Below, one piece after another: positions 27,707 to 36,896 of a DNA stretch of 49,911 bases. The position numbers and the translations under genes are program-made. How positions within the stretch are numbered: position 1 is the first letter of the stretch; every line of letters starts with the position of its first letter. The notes beneath the pieces are model-generated. The model saw only the letters and a program-made list of their open reading frames with translations, did not search any database and was not told the DNA's origin. The stretch comes from a phage: sequence record PZ445414.1. One strand, given 5' to 3'.

Positions 27707-29707
27707 ATGGCAATTCCAAATATTGACAAACAGCTTTCCGCTTTGGGTGAAGCGGTAATCAAGGCGATTCAAGATCGCTTTACGTTTGGCGGAATCACCC
27801 CATACCCTTACCAGTGCGTTGCGTACACTGAGATCGCAAAACGCATGAAAAATTACGAACATCCTTTCTTTGTGAAAGCGTCCGTATCTGCTGGCAAAAC
27901 AATGATTTTTGCAATGGTCGCGGCGCAGTGTCAGAGGATGGGGCTTAAAATGATGGTTCTCGCTCGCCAGGGTGAGATTGTGGATCAGGATTCAGAGGAG
28001 ATCAGTAATTTCGGAGTGCCTAACTCCGTCTACTGCGCGGCGCTGAAACTCAAGGGCGTACACTTCCCCATCGTGGTTGGCTCTGAGGGAACCGTTTCAA
28101 ACGGACTCTTTAAGGCGCTGGGCGACTACGTGCCGCACGTTATCGGGATTGACGAATGCCACCAGGTAGATTGGGAGGATTTAGCGGAGGCAATCGAAAA
28201 CGATGAGCCGTGGCAGCAAATGACCACGAAAAAAGGCGAGATTGTCCTGAATGGTGACGGCTCCCGCGCTCTCAACAATGACGGTGAGCCAATGGAGGGA
28301 ACCGGACGCACGCAATACACTCTTATAATTCGAGAAATGCAGCGCCGATGCAAAGAGACATACGGGCATGAGTTGCGCATTTTTGGAATGACTGGATCAG
28401 AATTTCGCGGCGTTGTTCCAATCCTGGTAGAAGATAAGCGCCAGCGCGGTTTCTGGCGTGAACAGGTGACGAACATTGATACCAACTACCTTATCAAGTT
28501 CGGCTCCGTTGTGCCTACAAACTTTGGCGGCGTAGATGGATTGGGTTATGACCTTTCAGAGTTCACCGCATCCAGCGAGGACGGAGTAGCAGACTTTGAC
28601 CAGAAAACCCTCCGAAAGATGGAGGAGAAGATCCATAAAGATGCAACCATGACGCAAAAAATCATGGCACGCGTGCATGAGATCTGCAAAGACCGCAACG
28701 GCGTGCTGGTAACTTGCGCTGGAGAGCGTCACTGCAAAGAGGCTGCCGCCGCACTTCCGCCAGGGGCAACATACAGGATCATCACTGGCAAGACCGGAGA
28801 GAAACAACGTAAAGAATGGTTAAAAGAGGCATTCGAGGGAAAAGTAAAATACATTTTCCAGGTTCAAGCACTAACAACTGGCGTAAACGTTCCATATTGG
28901 GATACGTCCGTTATCCTGCGCAAAATAGGATCGCTTACTCTGCTGATCCAGCTTTTGGGGCGCGGTATGCGACTTTTAAAGAAATGGCACATCGAGCAAG
29001 GATTCAAAAAAGACGATCACCTTGTTCTCGACTTTGCCGGATGCATGGACGAGTTGGGGCAGCTTTACTTTGATCCTATTCTGGAACAGGCGCAATATCA
29101 GCGACGTGGCGATAACGGAAAGGATCCCAAATTCTGCCCTGACTGCGGCACTGAAAACTCATTCTATGCACGCCGTTGCGTTCACGTTGACGAAAACGGG
29201 AATCGATGCGAGTATTTTTGGAAGTATCGAGAGTGCGAGGATCAGGTAGACCCGCGCACTAAAAAGGTTATCGTCAAAGGCTGCGGCACTAAAAACGACA
29301 TAGCCGCCAGGGTTTGCCGCTGCTGTGATGTGTCGCTCATTGACCCGAACGAAAAACTATCAGGCAAGCACTACACTAAGAATGATTGGTGCAATGTGAA
29401 ATCTTTCCGTGTCGATATGACCAAAAACCAGAGAGGGATCGTGTTCTGTTATGAGCTTGAGGCGCACGGGGAAACGTTCAAGGCTTATGAGCGATTCTTC
29501 CCTGAGTCTGACAACCAGATCTGCAAGACGCTATGGAGGCAAACGGCGCTCAAGCATATTGCAGATCGCAGGATTGCAGGTGTTACGGCGAGCTATCGCA
29601 ACGCTCGCAAGATTATGCAAAACGCGCATCACATTATGGCTCCGAAACGCGTTACGCATCGCAAAAACGCGAAAGGAGAGGACATTATTTATCATCGGGA
29701 GTTTTGA
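27707..29707 (+). CDS. ATP-dependent helicase (SF2, DEAH-like)
   Basis: 666 aa; Walker A SVSAGKTM, motif II GIDECHQV; C-terminal Cys clusters. Confidence 0.7.
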   Translation: MAIPNIDKQLSALGEAVIKAIQDRFTFGGITPYPYQCVAYTEIAKRMKNYEHPFFVKASVSAGKTMIFAMVAAQCQRMGLKMMVLARQGEIVDQDSEEISNFGVPNSVYCAALKLKGVHFPIVVGSEGTVSNGLFKALGDYVPHVIGIDECHQVDWEDLAEAIENDEPWQQMTTKKGEIVLNGDGSRALNNDGEPMEGTGRTQYTLIIREMQRRCKETYGHELRIFGMTGSEFRGVVPILVEDKRQRGFWREQVTNIDTNYLIKFGSVVPTNFGGVDGLGYDLSEFTASSEDGVADFDQKTLRKMEEKIHKDATMTQKIMARVHEICKDRNGVLVTCAGERHCKEAAAALPPGATYRIITGKTGEKQRKEWLKEAFEGKVKYIFQVQALTTGVNVPYWDTSVILRKIGSLTLLIQLLGRGMRLLKKWHIEQGFKKDDHLVLDFAGCMDELGQLYFDPILEQAQYQRRGDNGKDPKFCPDCGTENSFYARRCVHVDENGNRCEYFWKYRECEDQVDPRTKKVIVKGCGTKNDIAARVCRCCDVSLIDPNEKLSGKHYTKNDWCNVKSFRVDMTKNQRGIVFCYELEAHGETFKAYERFFPESDNQICKTLWRQTALKHIADRRIAGVTASYRNARKIMQNAHHIMAPKRVTHRKNAKGEDIIYHREF

Positions 29708-29709
29708 AT

Positions 29710-30126
29710 ATGGTTACTGACAAAGGCGATTATCTGGAATATTACGAGAGGGATCCGAGCGATACGCGCAAGGAAGATTCTCACCAGGTTGATTGTGTGG
29801 CGTGGTTGCGCCACCACTACCCACACTTGCTCTTTTGGCACACTGTAAACGAGGGGAGCAAGACAATCACCGCCGCGCTGCGTGACGAACAGGCCGGATT
29901 GCTAAAGGGCGTATCAGACTTTGTTATCCTGATTGGTTCTGGTAAATACCCGTTTGCAGCCATAGAGCTAAAGCAAGCCAACAAATCAGGCAAGCGCAAG
30001 GCTTCACCAGTCAGCGACAACCAGAAAGCTTTCTTGAGCAGGGTTAGACACTTGGGAGGTTTCGCAGCCGTTTGCTATGGCGTGAAGCAATTCAAGCTTG
30101 CAATTGCAGATCTCTTGCAGGAATAG
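29710..30126 (+). CDS. VRR-NUC domain nuclease
   Basis: 138 aa; motif DFVILIGSGKYPFAAIELKQ (D..E.K) typical of VRR-NUC; start ATG right after helicase stop. Confidence 0.6.
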   Translation: MVTDKGDYLEYYERDPSDTRKEDSHQVDCVAWLRHHYPHLLFWHTVNEGSKTITAALRDEQAGLLKGVSDFVILIGSGKYPFAAIELKQANKSGKRKASPVSDNQKAFLSRVRHLGGFAAVCYGVKQFKLAIADLLQE

Positions 30127-30141
30127 CACTTTTTGCTAAAA
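30122..30141 (+). promoter_or_regulatory. conserved box + hairpin + CATAAT upstream of lipoprotein gene
   Basis: aatagcactttttgctaaaa; inverted repeat ggcgca/tgcgcc; overlaps VRR-NUC stop TAG. Confidence 0.55.
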
Positions 30142-30198
30142 CAGGCGCAAAGGAATGCGCCATAATGCACCCAACGAAACAAACACGGAGAATTAACC

Positions 30199-30477
30199 AT
30201 GAAAAAGATGTTATCAGTAGTTGCTTTATCGCTTGCCATTGTCGGTTGCATGGATAAACCAAAAGCATATATTTGCGGAAATGAAGTGTTTGAGGTTACA
30301 AGCGAATACATGAAAGTTGTACAAGGTAAAAACACAGGCGTTGTAATGGATAATATCAGCAAAAATAAATACAAGCTGTTTACGCCAATTGGAACAGCTT
30401 TTTACACTGTTAACGATAGCACCATTGATGTTAGAGTCGGAATCTTTCAGCACACTTTAACTTGCGAGGTGAAATAA
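30199..30477 (+). CDS. lipoprotein (candidate superinfection-exclusion protein)
   Basis: 92 aa; signal peptide with lipobox LAIVGC; box-type promoter upstream. Confidence 0.55.
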   Translation: MKKMLSVVALSLAIVGCMDKPKAYICGNEVFEVTSEYMKVVQGKNTGVVMDNISKNKYKLFTPIGTAFYTVNDSTIDVRVGIFQHTLTCEVK

Positions 30478-30478
30478 A

Positions 30479-31225
30479 ATGGCTAAAGACGTTCTGGATA
30501 ACTCAACAATCGACGGTATCGAGCAGGTTGATGAAATGGACTTTCACGAATTGCAGCACGGCAAGTATTCAGACATAACCCTGCGCTCAGGCGGTCACTA
30601 CCAGGCCGTGAAACCATGCCAGTATTACAAGGTTACAGGCAACCGTTACGCCGGAAGCAACACTCCAGATGTTGTCCGTGACCTTTGGGCTACTCCGCGC
30701 GATGTTGTCGCGTATATGGAAAGCCGCTACGGTAAATATGATCTTGACGCTGCGGCTAGTGAGGACAATAAAGTCTGTGAAAAATTCTACAGCAAAGAAA
30801 CAAACTGCTTAAAGCGTTGGTGGGGTAGCAAGAAGCACGTATGGCTGAATCCTCCATATTCTAATCCAGATCCGTTTGTGCTCAAGGCCATTGAGCAAAT
30901 GGAGCACGAAAACCAGATCGACATATTGCTTCCAGCCGATAACTCAACGGCATGGTTTAGCGATGCGCAAAAGCACGCTGCGGAAATTATCTGGATCACT
31001 GGCGAAACCTGGAAAGATGAAGATGGGCGCGAGTATTCACGAACCGGACGATTAGCGTTTATTTCCGGCCTGACAGGTGAGCCAGTTAGCGGCAACAACA
31101 AAGGCAGCGTGATCTTTGTCATGCGCAAATTGAAAGAGGGCGAAACGCAGCAAACTCACTACGTGAAAATCAGCGATATTTGCACGTCTGTAAAAAACAA
31201 GCGAGCCAAAGCAAGGAGTTTTTAA
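30479..31225 (+). CDS. dam: DNA N6-adenine methyltransferase (phage Dam family)
   Basis: 248 aa; motif IV WLNPPYS (NPPY) and DLDAAAS SAM-binding-like motif. Confidence 0.75.
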   Translation: MAKDVLDNSTIDGIEQVDEMDFHELQHGKYSDITLRSGGHYQAVKPCQYYKVTGNRYAGSNTPDVVRDLWATPRDVVAYMESRYGKYDLDAAASEDNKVCEKFYSKETNCLKRWWGSKKHVWLNPPYSNPDPFVLKAIEQMEHENQIDILLPADNSTAWFSDAQKHAAEIIWITGETWKDEDGREYSRTGRLAFISGLTGEPVSGNNKGSVIFVMRKLKEGETQQTHYVKISDICTSVKNKRAKARSF

Positions 31226-31335
31226 TGAAAGATGATATTTCAGCACTTGGAATGCTTTGTGCATTCATGATCGGCGGCGGTTTTTGTTCTTACGCGCTCA
31301 TTGCGCTAATCATCAAAGTAGGGGAGTTGATTTAA
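31225..31335 (+). CDS. small hydrophobic peptide (36 aa)
   Basis: ATG overlaps dam stop (TAATG); single predicted TM segment; not in ORF track because <60 aa. Confidence 0.3.
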   Translation: MKDDISALGMLCAFMIGGGFCSYALIALIIKVGELI

Positions 31336-31583
31336 TGGGCGAGAGAAATGTAACACTAAACGAGACTGGTTTATTTCTGCTGTATCGCGCTATGGTGTGC
31401 CAGGCTATTGACCTAAATCCACACATTAAGGATGTAATAGAGGTTGACCCGTGGGAGTATTCCAGCGCTCTTGACATGAGCTTTGAGGAAACCGCAAAAC
31501 TACCTCTTGAGAAGTGGCATATCAAGATTGCTGATGATCTGGATGAAATGTGGCAAGACCTTAAAAAGCGAGTTGCTCACTAA
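31335..31583 (+). CDS. hypothetical protein
   Basis: 82 aa from ATG 31335 (TAATG coupling); ends at box. Confidence 0.4.
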   Translation: MGERNVTLNETGLFLLYRAMVCQAIDLNPHIKDVIEVDPWEYSSALDMSFEETAKLPLEKWHIKIADDLDEMWQDLKKRVAH

Positions 31584-31602
31584 ATAGCACTTTTTGTTAA
31601 AA
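31583..31602 (+). promoter_or_regulatory. conserved box + hairpin + CATAAT
   Basis: aatagcactttttgttaaaa; hairpin gcccg...cgggc. Confidence 0.55.
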
Positions 31603-31659
31603 ATGCCCGGCGAAAGTCGGGCATAATTATTTCCAACGAAAACCACTGAGGAAAACGAA

Positions 31660-31851
31660 ATGAAAATTTACAGCAAACGCTCTTTCAAAATCGCTCAGGA
31701 ATTAGCACGCGAGGCGGTAGCAGGAGGAAGCGAAGGGGGATACGGTTTCGATTGGGATATAGCAATGATTTACTTGCAGATGGCAACAGGTCACGCTCCA
31801 ATAGAGAAGATCGAGCAGGTTGATCGCATGGTTGAGGAGGGATTGGTTTAA
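31660..31851 (+). CDS. hypothetical protein
   Basis: 63 aa; box promoter and conserved leader upstream; SD GAGGAA. Confidence 0.5.
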   Translation: MKIYSKRSFKIAQELAREAVAGGSEGGYGFDWDIAMIYLQMATGHAPIEKIEQVDRMVEEGLV

Positions 31852-32099
31852 TGAAGGTTGAGCAAGGCCGCGAGGCCGTTTGGAATCACGCCAAAGAAAC
31901 CGGAATGGCAGACGATATAGCACGAATTGCTAAAATATTTGATCTGGCTGATGTTAGTATTATCAGCAACGGGAAAATGACTTACTTGCACGAGAGGCCG
32001 CGCAAAATGCACCGCGTGCCAGCAAACCCGACAAAAATTGACTTCAAAGAAGCAATGGCAAAAATCAGAGAGCCGAAAAAGTATTACAAAGGAGAATAG
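31851..32099 (+). CDS. hypothetical protein
   Basis: 82 aa; TAATG coupling to upstream ORF. Confidence 0.45.
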   Translation: MKVEQGREAVWNHAKETGMADDIARIAKIFDLADVSIISNGKMTYLHERPRKMHRVPANPTKIDFKEAMAKIREPKKYYKGE

Positions 32100-32104
32100 T
32101 TATC

Positions 32105-32179
32105 ATGTGGCGCTTGCTTGTTCTTCCAATGCCCGTTATCATTGCCGCCGTTGTTATGTACGCACTTGTTATGTGATTT
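32105..32179 (+). CDS. tiny hydrophobic peptide (24 aa)
   Basis: ATG after AAAGGAG; single hydrophobic stretch; very short. Confidence 0.2.
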
Positions 32180-32193
32180 AAGAGGAAAAATTA

Positions 32194-33312
32194 ATGATTC
32201 AGAAAATGACAGATCAGCAGTTTAAAGACGCACGAGCGGAGGGTAAAACCTACAAGCAGATCGCGGAGGAGTTCGGCTTGAATGTTCGCACCGTTGAGCG
32301 CCGCGCCGCTCGCCTGGCTCGCGCAGGTGAAACCGAAATCAAAGGAGCACCAGGTTTTGCGGTTGTTCGTGAGTCAGTCCTTACCCGCGCAAACGGCGAA
32401 GAAGTGATGCGCTGGACTATCACCAACAAAGATAAAGAGCAGTTGGAAGCACTCATGCAAGCCGCGATGGATGCATTTGCTGAGGAAGTTCCGCGCCTTG
32501 AGCCTCAGCCGGAAAGCCGAAAGGACTACAGCGAAAGCCTGGCGCTATACCCTATCTTTGACATGCACATTGGCGCAATGGCTCACAAGCATGAATGTGG
32601 TGAGAATTGGGACACGGCAACAGCCGAGAAGGTCATGAATGACTTCTTTGATTATGCGGTTGAGTGTGCGCCAAATAGCGAGAAAGCCGTGCTCCTGATT
32701 GGTGGAGACATGCTTCACAGTGACGGCCTGGAGGCTGTAACACCTGCCAGCGGTCACGTTCTGGATCAGGATAGCCGCTACGCCAAACTTGTTTATGTCG
32801 CAATCCGAGCAACTCGCCGCGCTATCTCATTGATGTTGACCAAGCACAAAGAAGTTGAAATTCAGGTAATCGAGGGCAATCATGACCAATCAGGCATGAT
32901 CTGGCTACGCGCAGCAATGGCTGCGGCATACGAGGACGAGCCGCGCGTGATGGTTGATGTTTCACCTCGCGTAGTGCATCACACGCAGTACGGAAAAACA
33001 TTCCTCGCGTATCATCACGGTCACACCGTGCGCAAGCCGGAAACGTTATTGATGATGTGTGCGGCAGATTGGCGAGAGGATTTTGGCAAATCAAAATCAA
33101 TGTATGCTCATGTAGGCCATTGGCATCACCAGACCGTAACAGAAACCAGCCTGGGTATTGTTGAAGTTCACAGCACTATGGCGGCTAAAGATGCGTATGC
33201 GGCACGTGGCGGCTGGCGCTCTCGTCGTCGCGCTGCGGTTATAATCTACGACAAAGAGCACGGCGAGATCGGTCGATTCATGTTCTACCCTGAAATGATG
33301 GAGTCAAAATAA
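32194..33312 (+). CDS. metallophosphoesterase (calcineurin-like) with N-terminal HTH
   Basis: motifs DMH, GDMLHSD, GNHDQ, YHHGH, HVGHWHH; N-terminal YKQIAEEFGLNVRTVERR HTH-like segment. Confidence 0.6.
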   Translation: MIQKMTDQQFKDARAEGKTYKQIAEEFGLNVRTVERRAARLARAGETEIKGAPGFAVVRESVLTRANGEEVMRWTITNKDKEQLEALMQAAMDAFAEEVPRLEPQPESRKDYSESLALYPIFDMHIGAMAHKHECGENWDTATAEKVMNDFFDYAVECAPNSEKAVLLIGGDMLHSDGLEAVTPASGHVLDQDSRYAKLVYVAIRATRRAISLMLTKHKEVEIQVIEGNHDQSGMIWLRAAMAAAYEDEPRVMVDVSPRVVHHTQYGKTFLAYHHGHTVRKPETLLMMCAADWREDFGKSKSMYAHVGHWHHQTVTETSLGIVEVHSTMAAKDAYAARGGWRSRRRAAVIIYDKEHGEIGRFMFYPEMMESK

Positions 33313-33482
33313 TGAAGGTTAAATGCGTTGAGAATTCATCTAAAACACTGCCTTACTACGAGGGCTTTGTGTACGAGGCCGATCCATTACCTGGCGGGAT
33401 GTACAAGATTAAAGATGAATCAGGGCAGCATATTATTGCGCCGCTAAAAGGGCATTATCTGGAGTTTTTACAGATTGATTAA
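33312..33482 (+). CDS. hypothetical protein (56 aa)
   Basis: ATG overlaps upstream stop (TAATG); followed by intrinsic terminator. Confidence 0.35.
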   Translation: MKVKCVENSSKTLPYYEGFVYEADPLPGGMYKIKDESGQHIIAPLKGHYLEFLQID

Positions 33483-33506
33483 CATTTAATTTCATGAGCT
33501 TACAAA

Positions 33507-33534
33507 GGGCTGGCGTTTGCTAGCCCTTTTTTTA
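33507..33534 (+). terminator. intrinsic terminator before lysis cassette
   Basis: gggctgg cgtttg ctagccc ttttttt. Confidence 0.65.
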
Positions 33535-33609
33535 TTGTTTCGCTTTTGCTCATTGCTGGTTAACATACACTCACTTAATTATTGACATTTTGCACGAGGA
33601 GGTTAGATC

Positions 33610-33825
33610 ATGAGAGAATTTTTAAACGCAGCAACCACCAGCACCGGAGGCGCATCACTGACGGGCGCGGCGACGGGGCAAATTACCATTGCGGTTGCTG
33701 GTCTTATCCTAATGGCGGCTTTCGGCTTTTGGGGCGCGTATCTGCGCTGGAAGGATAGCAAGGCGCTGCGAGAGGCTTTGGATCGTGAAGATATCAAAGA
33801 GGCAATTCGAATCAGGGGGAAATAA
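33610..33825 (+). CDS. holin (pinholin-like)
   Basis: 71 aa; Gly/Ala/Ser/Thr-rich weakly hydrophobic TMD1 then hydrophobic TMD2, charged C-terminus; directly upstream of SAR-type endolysin; SD GAGGAGG. Confidence 0.65.
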   Translation: MREFLNAATTSTGGASLTGAATGQITIAVAGLILMAAFGFWGAYLRWKDSKALREALDREDIKEAIRIRGK

Positions 33826-33827
33826 TC

Positions 33828-34322
33828 ATGAGTTTACAGAGAAGCGCGGCATACGCTTTATTTGGCGCTGCGCTCTCGTTAACTTCTCCGCTCCTGGAGG
33901 AGATCGAGGGCATCCGGTACAAGCCTTATAAAGATATTGCCGGAATCTGGACAGTCTGCGCGGGTATTACCGGATCTGACGTTGTGCTTGGTAAGACGTA
34001 CACGCAGAGAGAATGTGACGCACTTCTTGCCAAGCATATCGGGATTGCAAAGGCAGAAGTCGATAAGCGCGTAAATGTTGAGATACCGGACACTATGCGT
34101 GCGGCAATGTACTCCTTTACGTACAACGCTGGTACTGGAGCGTTTCGCAAGTCAACCATGCTCAAGAAGATCAACAATGGCGATCTTTATGGGGCGTGCG
34201 ACGAGCTTTGGAAATGGACGTATTACTACAATCCAAAAACGGGAAAGCGCGAGAAGTCCAAAGGTTTAAAAAACCGTCGCGCGGTTGAGTATAAATATTG
34301 CACTAAGGATCTGAAAAAATGA
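33828..34322 (+). CDS. endolysin, lysozyme (GH24-like) with N-terminal SAR-like segment
   Basis: [26 protein letters not shown] and [13 protein letters not shown] closely parallel phage 21-type SAR lysozymes as recalled; N-terminal [18 protein letters not shown] weakly hydrophobic. Confidence 0.75.
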   Translation: MSLQRSAAYALFGAALSLTSPLLEEIEGIRYKPYKDIAGIWTVCAGITGSDVVLGKTYTQRECDALLAKHIGIAKAEVDKRVNVEIPDTMRAAMYSFTYNAGTGAFRKSTMLKKINNGDLYGACDELWKWTYYYNPKTGKREKSKGLKNRRAVEYKYCTKDLKK

Positions 34323-34714
34323 AACGATTAGCTTTGGCGGTACTGGTTGCCGCCTCTCTTTCTGGTTGTTCAGCGTCAAGCGCTCTGAGCGGTTTAATCG
34401 GCAGCAAGCCGGAAATCACAGCACAGGCCGGAGCCGAAAACGTAAAGCAAACAGTAGGCGTGACGGCAAAGAATGACGAGAGCAGCAAGCAGGAAAACAC
34501 GATCAAGGATTCGCAGGTTGGCAAGGTTGACTCCTCCAACAAAAAGAAGGTGAGCACTTCAAGCATCCAGGCTGAGACAATCACAGCCGACAAGATCGAG
34601 ATCAGAAACAGCGAGAGCGATTTGTATGTGATGTTCTTTGCGCTTGCTTGCTTATTTGTTGCTGGCTTTGCCGCTGGCGTTTTTTGGAAGGGCAGAAAAA
34701 ATAAAGGGGCATAA
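34319..34714 (+). CDS. unimolecular spanin (lipoprotein with C-terminal TMD)
   Basis: N-terminal lipobox LSGC, C-terminal TM helix [22 protein letters not shown]; position after endolysin, as for T1 gp11-type u-spanins. Confidence 0.7.
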   Translation: MKRLALAVLVAASLSGCSASSALSGLIGSKPEITAQAGAENVKQTVGVTAKNDESSKQENTIKDSQVGKVDSSNKKKVSTSSIQAETITADKIEIRNSESDLYVMFFALACLFVAGFAAGVFWKGRKNKGA

Positions 34715-34727
34715 TGCCCCTTTTTTC
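34706..34727. terminator. bidirectional terminator after spanin gene
   Basis: aaaggggc ataat gcccc tttttt. Confidence 0.7.
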
Positions 34728-34917
34728 ATTCCAGTAGTCTGACGTTGACTAATACAACTCCGTCCTCGTCGTGCAGGTTGTGCTCCTTTGCCGGATTAGC
34801 TCGCATATCGCTGTACAGGATCAGGAGCAGCGCCGCAATCATTTCGTCATGCGATACCGAATTTTTTGCGCAGTGCATCATAATCGCATCTATTAGATTT
34901 TGTGTTGAATAATTCAT
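34726..34917 (-). CDS. hypothetical protein (uncertain start)
   Basis: 63-aa ORF overlapping end of 34847..35239; real start may be internal. Confidence 0.25.
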   Translation of the reverse strand: MNYSTQNLIDAIMMHCAKNSVSHDEMIAALLLILYSDMRANPAKEHNLHDEDGVVLVNVRLLE

Positions 34918-35239
34918 CGTCGCTTAACTCGTCAAGGTGAAACAGATCGTAAATGTATTTATTGCTCTCACCCTCCAGGCTATACAGTTCAAACCCAAAC
35001 GGCCTCTTGTGCGAGCCGTGGCACGTCACTACGCCTTTATCTATCCCAAGATATCCCAATGTAGCCATTCGCGGGATAAACTCAAGAGAAACGCTTGAGG
35101 CGAATTTGCGAGGAGTCATATTGGCGGCTCTTGCGAGCCGCTCACATTCTTTGTGCTGAAAAACAAATCTGGCTAAGTGCTGACGGTTAAACCAATCGTA
35201 ACTTTCGCAAAACTTATACAGATCCAGCAGAAACATCAT
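34847..35239 (-). CDS. hypothetical protein
   Basis: 130-aa ORF; ATG shortly after stop of upstream P-loop gene. Confidence 0.45.
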   Translation of the reverse strand: MMFLLDLYKFCESYDWFNRQHLARFVFQHKECERLARAANMTPRKFASSVSLEFIPRMATLGYLGIDKGVVTCHGSHKRPFGFELYSLEGESNKYIYDLFHLDELSDDELFNTKSNRCDYDALRKKFGIA

Positions 35240-35242
35240 TTA

Positions 35243-36820
35243 TCACCCCATTAAAGCAGGATTCACAAACACGCGCCCATTCGTGAGGCATACGTAATTC
35301 AGATCTTCAAGGATTGGCAGTAAGTGATCTTCAATTCGCTTCATCACGCCAGCCTGACCTAAGAACGGACGAACCTTTCGCACAGATTCGTAAATCGCTC
35401 GCGCAGTGATAGCGCCCTTGTTGGCTTTTCCGAGTCTGGTTATCGTGTCGATAATCTTGATCAACTCTGCATCCTGACCAGCATGACCGGAGGCGTTTGC
35501 CGCGCTAATGTAGGTCTTGCTCAACTCCTGGAACATCAAGAGCGCCTCCTGCATCGTCTCAACGTCAATCTCTCGTGACTTTGTGGCGGTTCCGTTAACA
35601 TCCTGCCAGTTTCGGATCGTGTGAATAACGGATGCCAGGCGAATGACTTGTTTATCCATTTTACCCAACGCGCCGCGTAGCATGGTGTGAGAATATTCTC
35701 CTCCGTCTGCAAGCTTTGGCTCCATTTCCTGGCGTGCCATGTTGAGCACTCGCATAGCGGAGCGGCTAACCTTTAATGAAACGGATTGCTCCATCATGAT
35801 ATTATGGATCAGCTTGTAATAATCCGCCTTAAGACCTGCATCAACTGGCGTGTAGGTTGTGTCTCCGTTGTCGTCAACGAATTTACGGCGGCCTAAGAAT
35901 GACTCCTCGCGCACCAGCAGGAAACGCTCAGAAACACCGATACCACGAGCACCAGCCTCCATAATGCCGCTGATTGTTTCGTCCTGCGCAATCACAGCCA
36001 TGCAGCCGAGAGCCGTAAAGCTCATGTTGTTTTCTGCAGTTGCACGGGCAATGGAAACGTGACCGCTATCCCAAGCCTTTAGCACCAATTCGCTGTTAGT
36101 CTTGCGCTCGCTATTGGCGTATGTCAGACCGAGCAGTGAGTTGATACTTGTTGCCTCGTCCGAGATAACAGCAAAGTTGCCCTGGCGGAAGTTGATTTTA
36201 GCCAAACCCTCTGGAGTGGTGTCTGAAACCGGAAACACCACATCGCACAGTTTTGCAAGCTTTTCCTCATACTCCTCTTTTTCCTCGTAAAGAGCGGCAT
36301 ACTCAGTGCCGGAGCGCTCGCTCTTTAATTCCTTTACGATCCCGTTGAGTTTGGCCTGAATCTTTTTGCGCTCTTTCTTGCGTTGCTCGTTGATGCTCTC
36401 AACCTCTGCAACAATCGGAGCAATAGCCATTGAGTTGATCGCGGATTTACCAGTAGACGGCGGCTGGCTGGTAACAACGTATAGCGCCGTTGGCTGATCG
36501 GTTCCGTGGTACTCCACGGTGAATCGTCCGAGCATTGCGGCAGACACGCAGCCTACAAAGTGCATATAGGCAGATGAAACAGGGAATTGCACAGACTCCG
36601 CCAGGCTGCGAGACAACTTGCCTACAACGTCGCAATCGTTGCCGAGGGAAATAACAGGGTATTTGTCGTTTCCGCTGTTAATGTCCTTCACGTCACCCCA
36701 AAAACCAGACGAGCGAGAGTATCCGTTTGCCTGGATTGCAACCTTAACGGCGCTCAAGCCTTGAGCCTCAGCCGTTGAAATGATTTGTTGTGGTGTCAGC
36801 GTGGATTGTTCAAAAAACAT
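35243..36820 (-). CDS. P-loop NTPase (putative replication/DNA-metabolism ATPase)
   Basis: 525 aa; Walker A-like SQPPSTGKSA; box promoter with hairpin-embedded TATAAT upstream. Confidence 0.45.
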   Translation of the reverse strand: MFFEQSTLTPQQIISTAEAQGLSAVKVAIQANGYSRSSGFWGDVKDINSGNDKYPVISLGNDCDVVGKLSRSLAESVQFPVSSAYMHFVGCVSAAMLGRFTVEYHGTDQPTALYVVTSQPPSTGKSAINSMAIAPIVAEVESINEQRKKERKKIQAKLNGIVKELKSERSGTEYAALYEEKEEYEEKLAKLCDVVFPVSDTTPEGLAKINFRQGNFAVISDEATSINSLLGLTYANSERKTNSELVLKAWDSGHVSIARATAENNMSFTALGCMAVIAQDETISGIMEAGARGIGVSERFLLVREESFLGRRKFVDDNGDTTYTPVDAGLKADYYKLIHNIMMEQSVSLKVSRSAMRVLNMARQEMEPKLADGGEYSHTMLRGALGKMDKQVIRLASVIHTIRNWQDVNGTATKSREIDVETMQEALLMFQELSKTYISAANASGHAGQDAELIKIIDTITRLGKANKGAITARAIYESVRKVRPFLGQAGVMKRIEDHLLPILEDLNYVCLTNGRVFVNPALMG

Positions 36821-36876
36821 CTTAAAGTCTCCTTGTTGGTTGACCTGTATTATAGGTCAACCATCTTACAGCCTTT

Positions 36877-36896
36877 TGGCAATTCGTGCTATTTTA
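36877..36896 (-). promoter_or_regulatory. conserved box upstream of P-loop ATPase gene
   Basis: minus AAAATAGCACGAATTGCCAA; TATAAT inside hairpin GGTTGACC/GGTCAACC. Confidence 0.5.
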
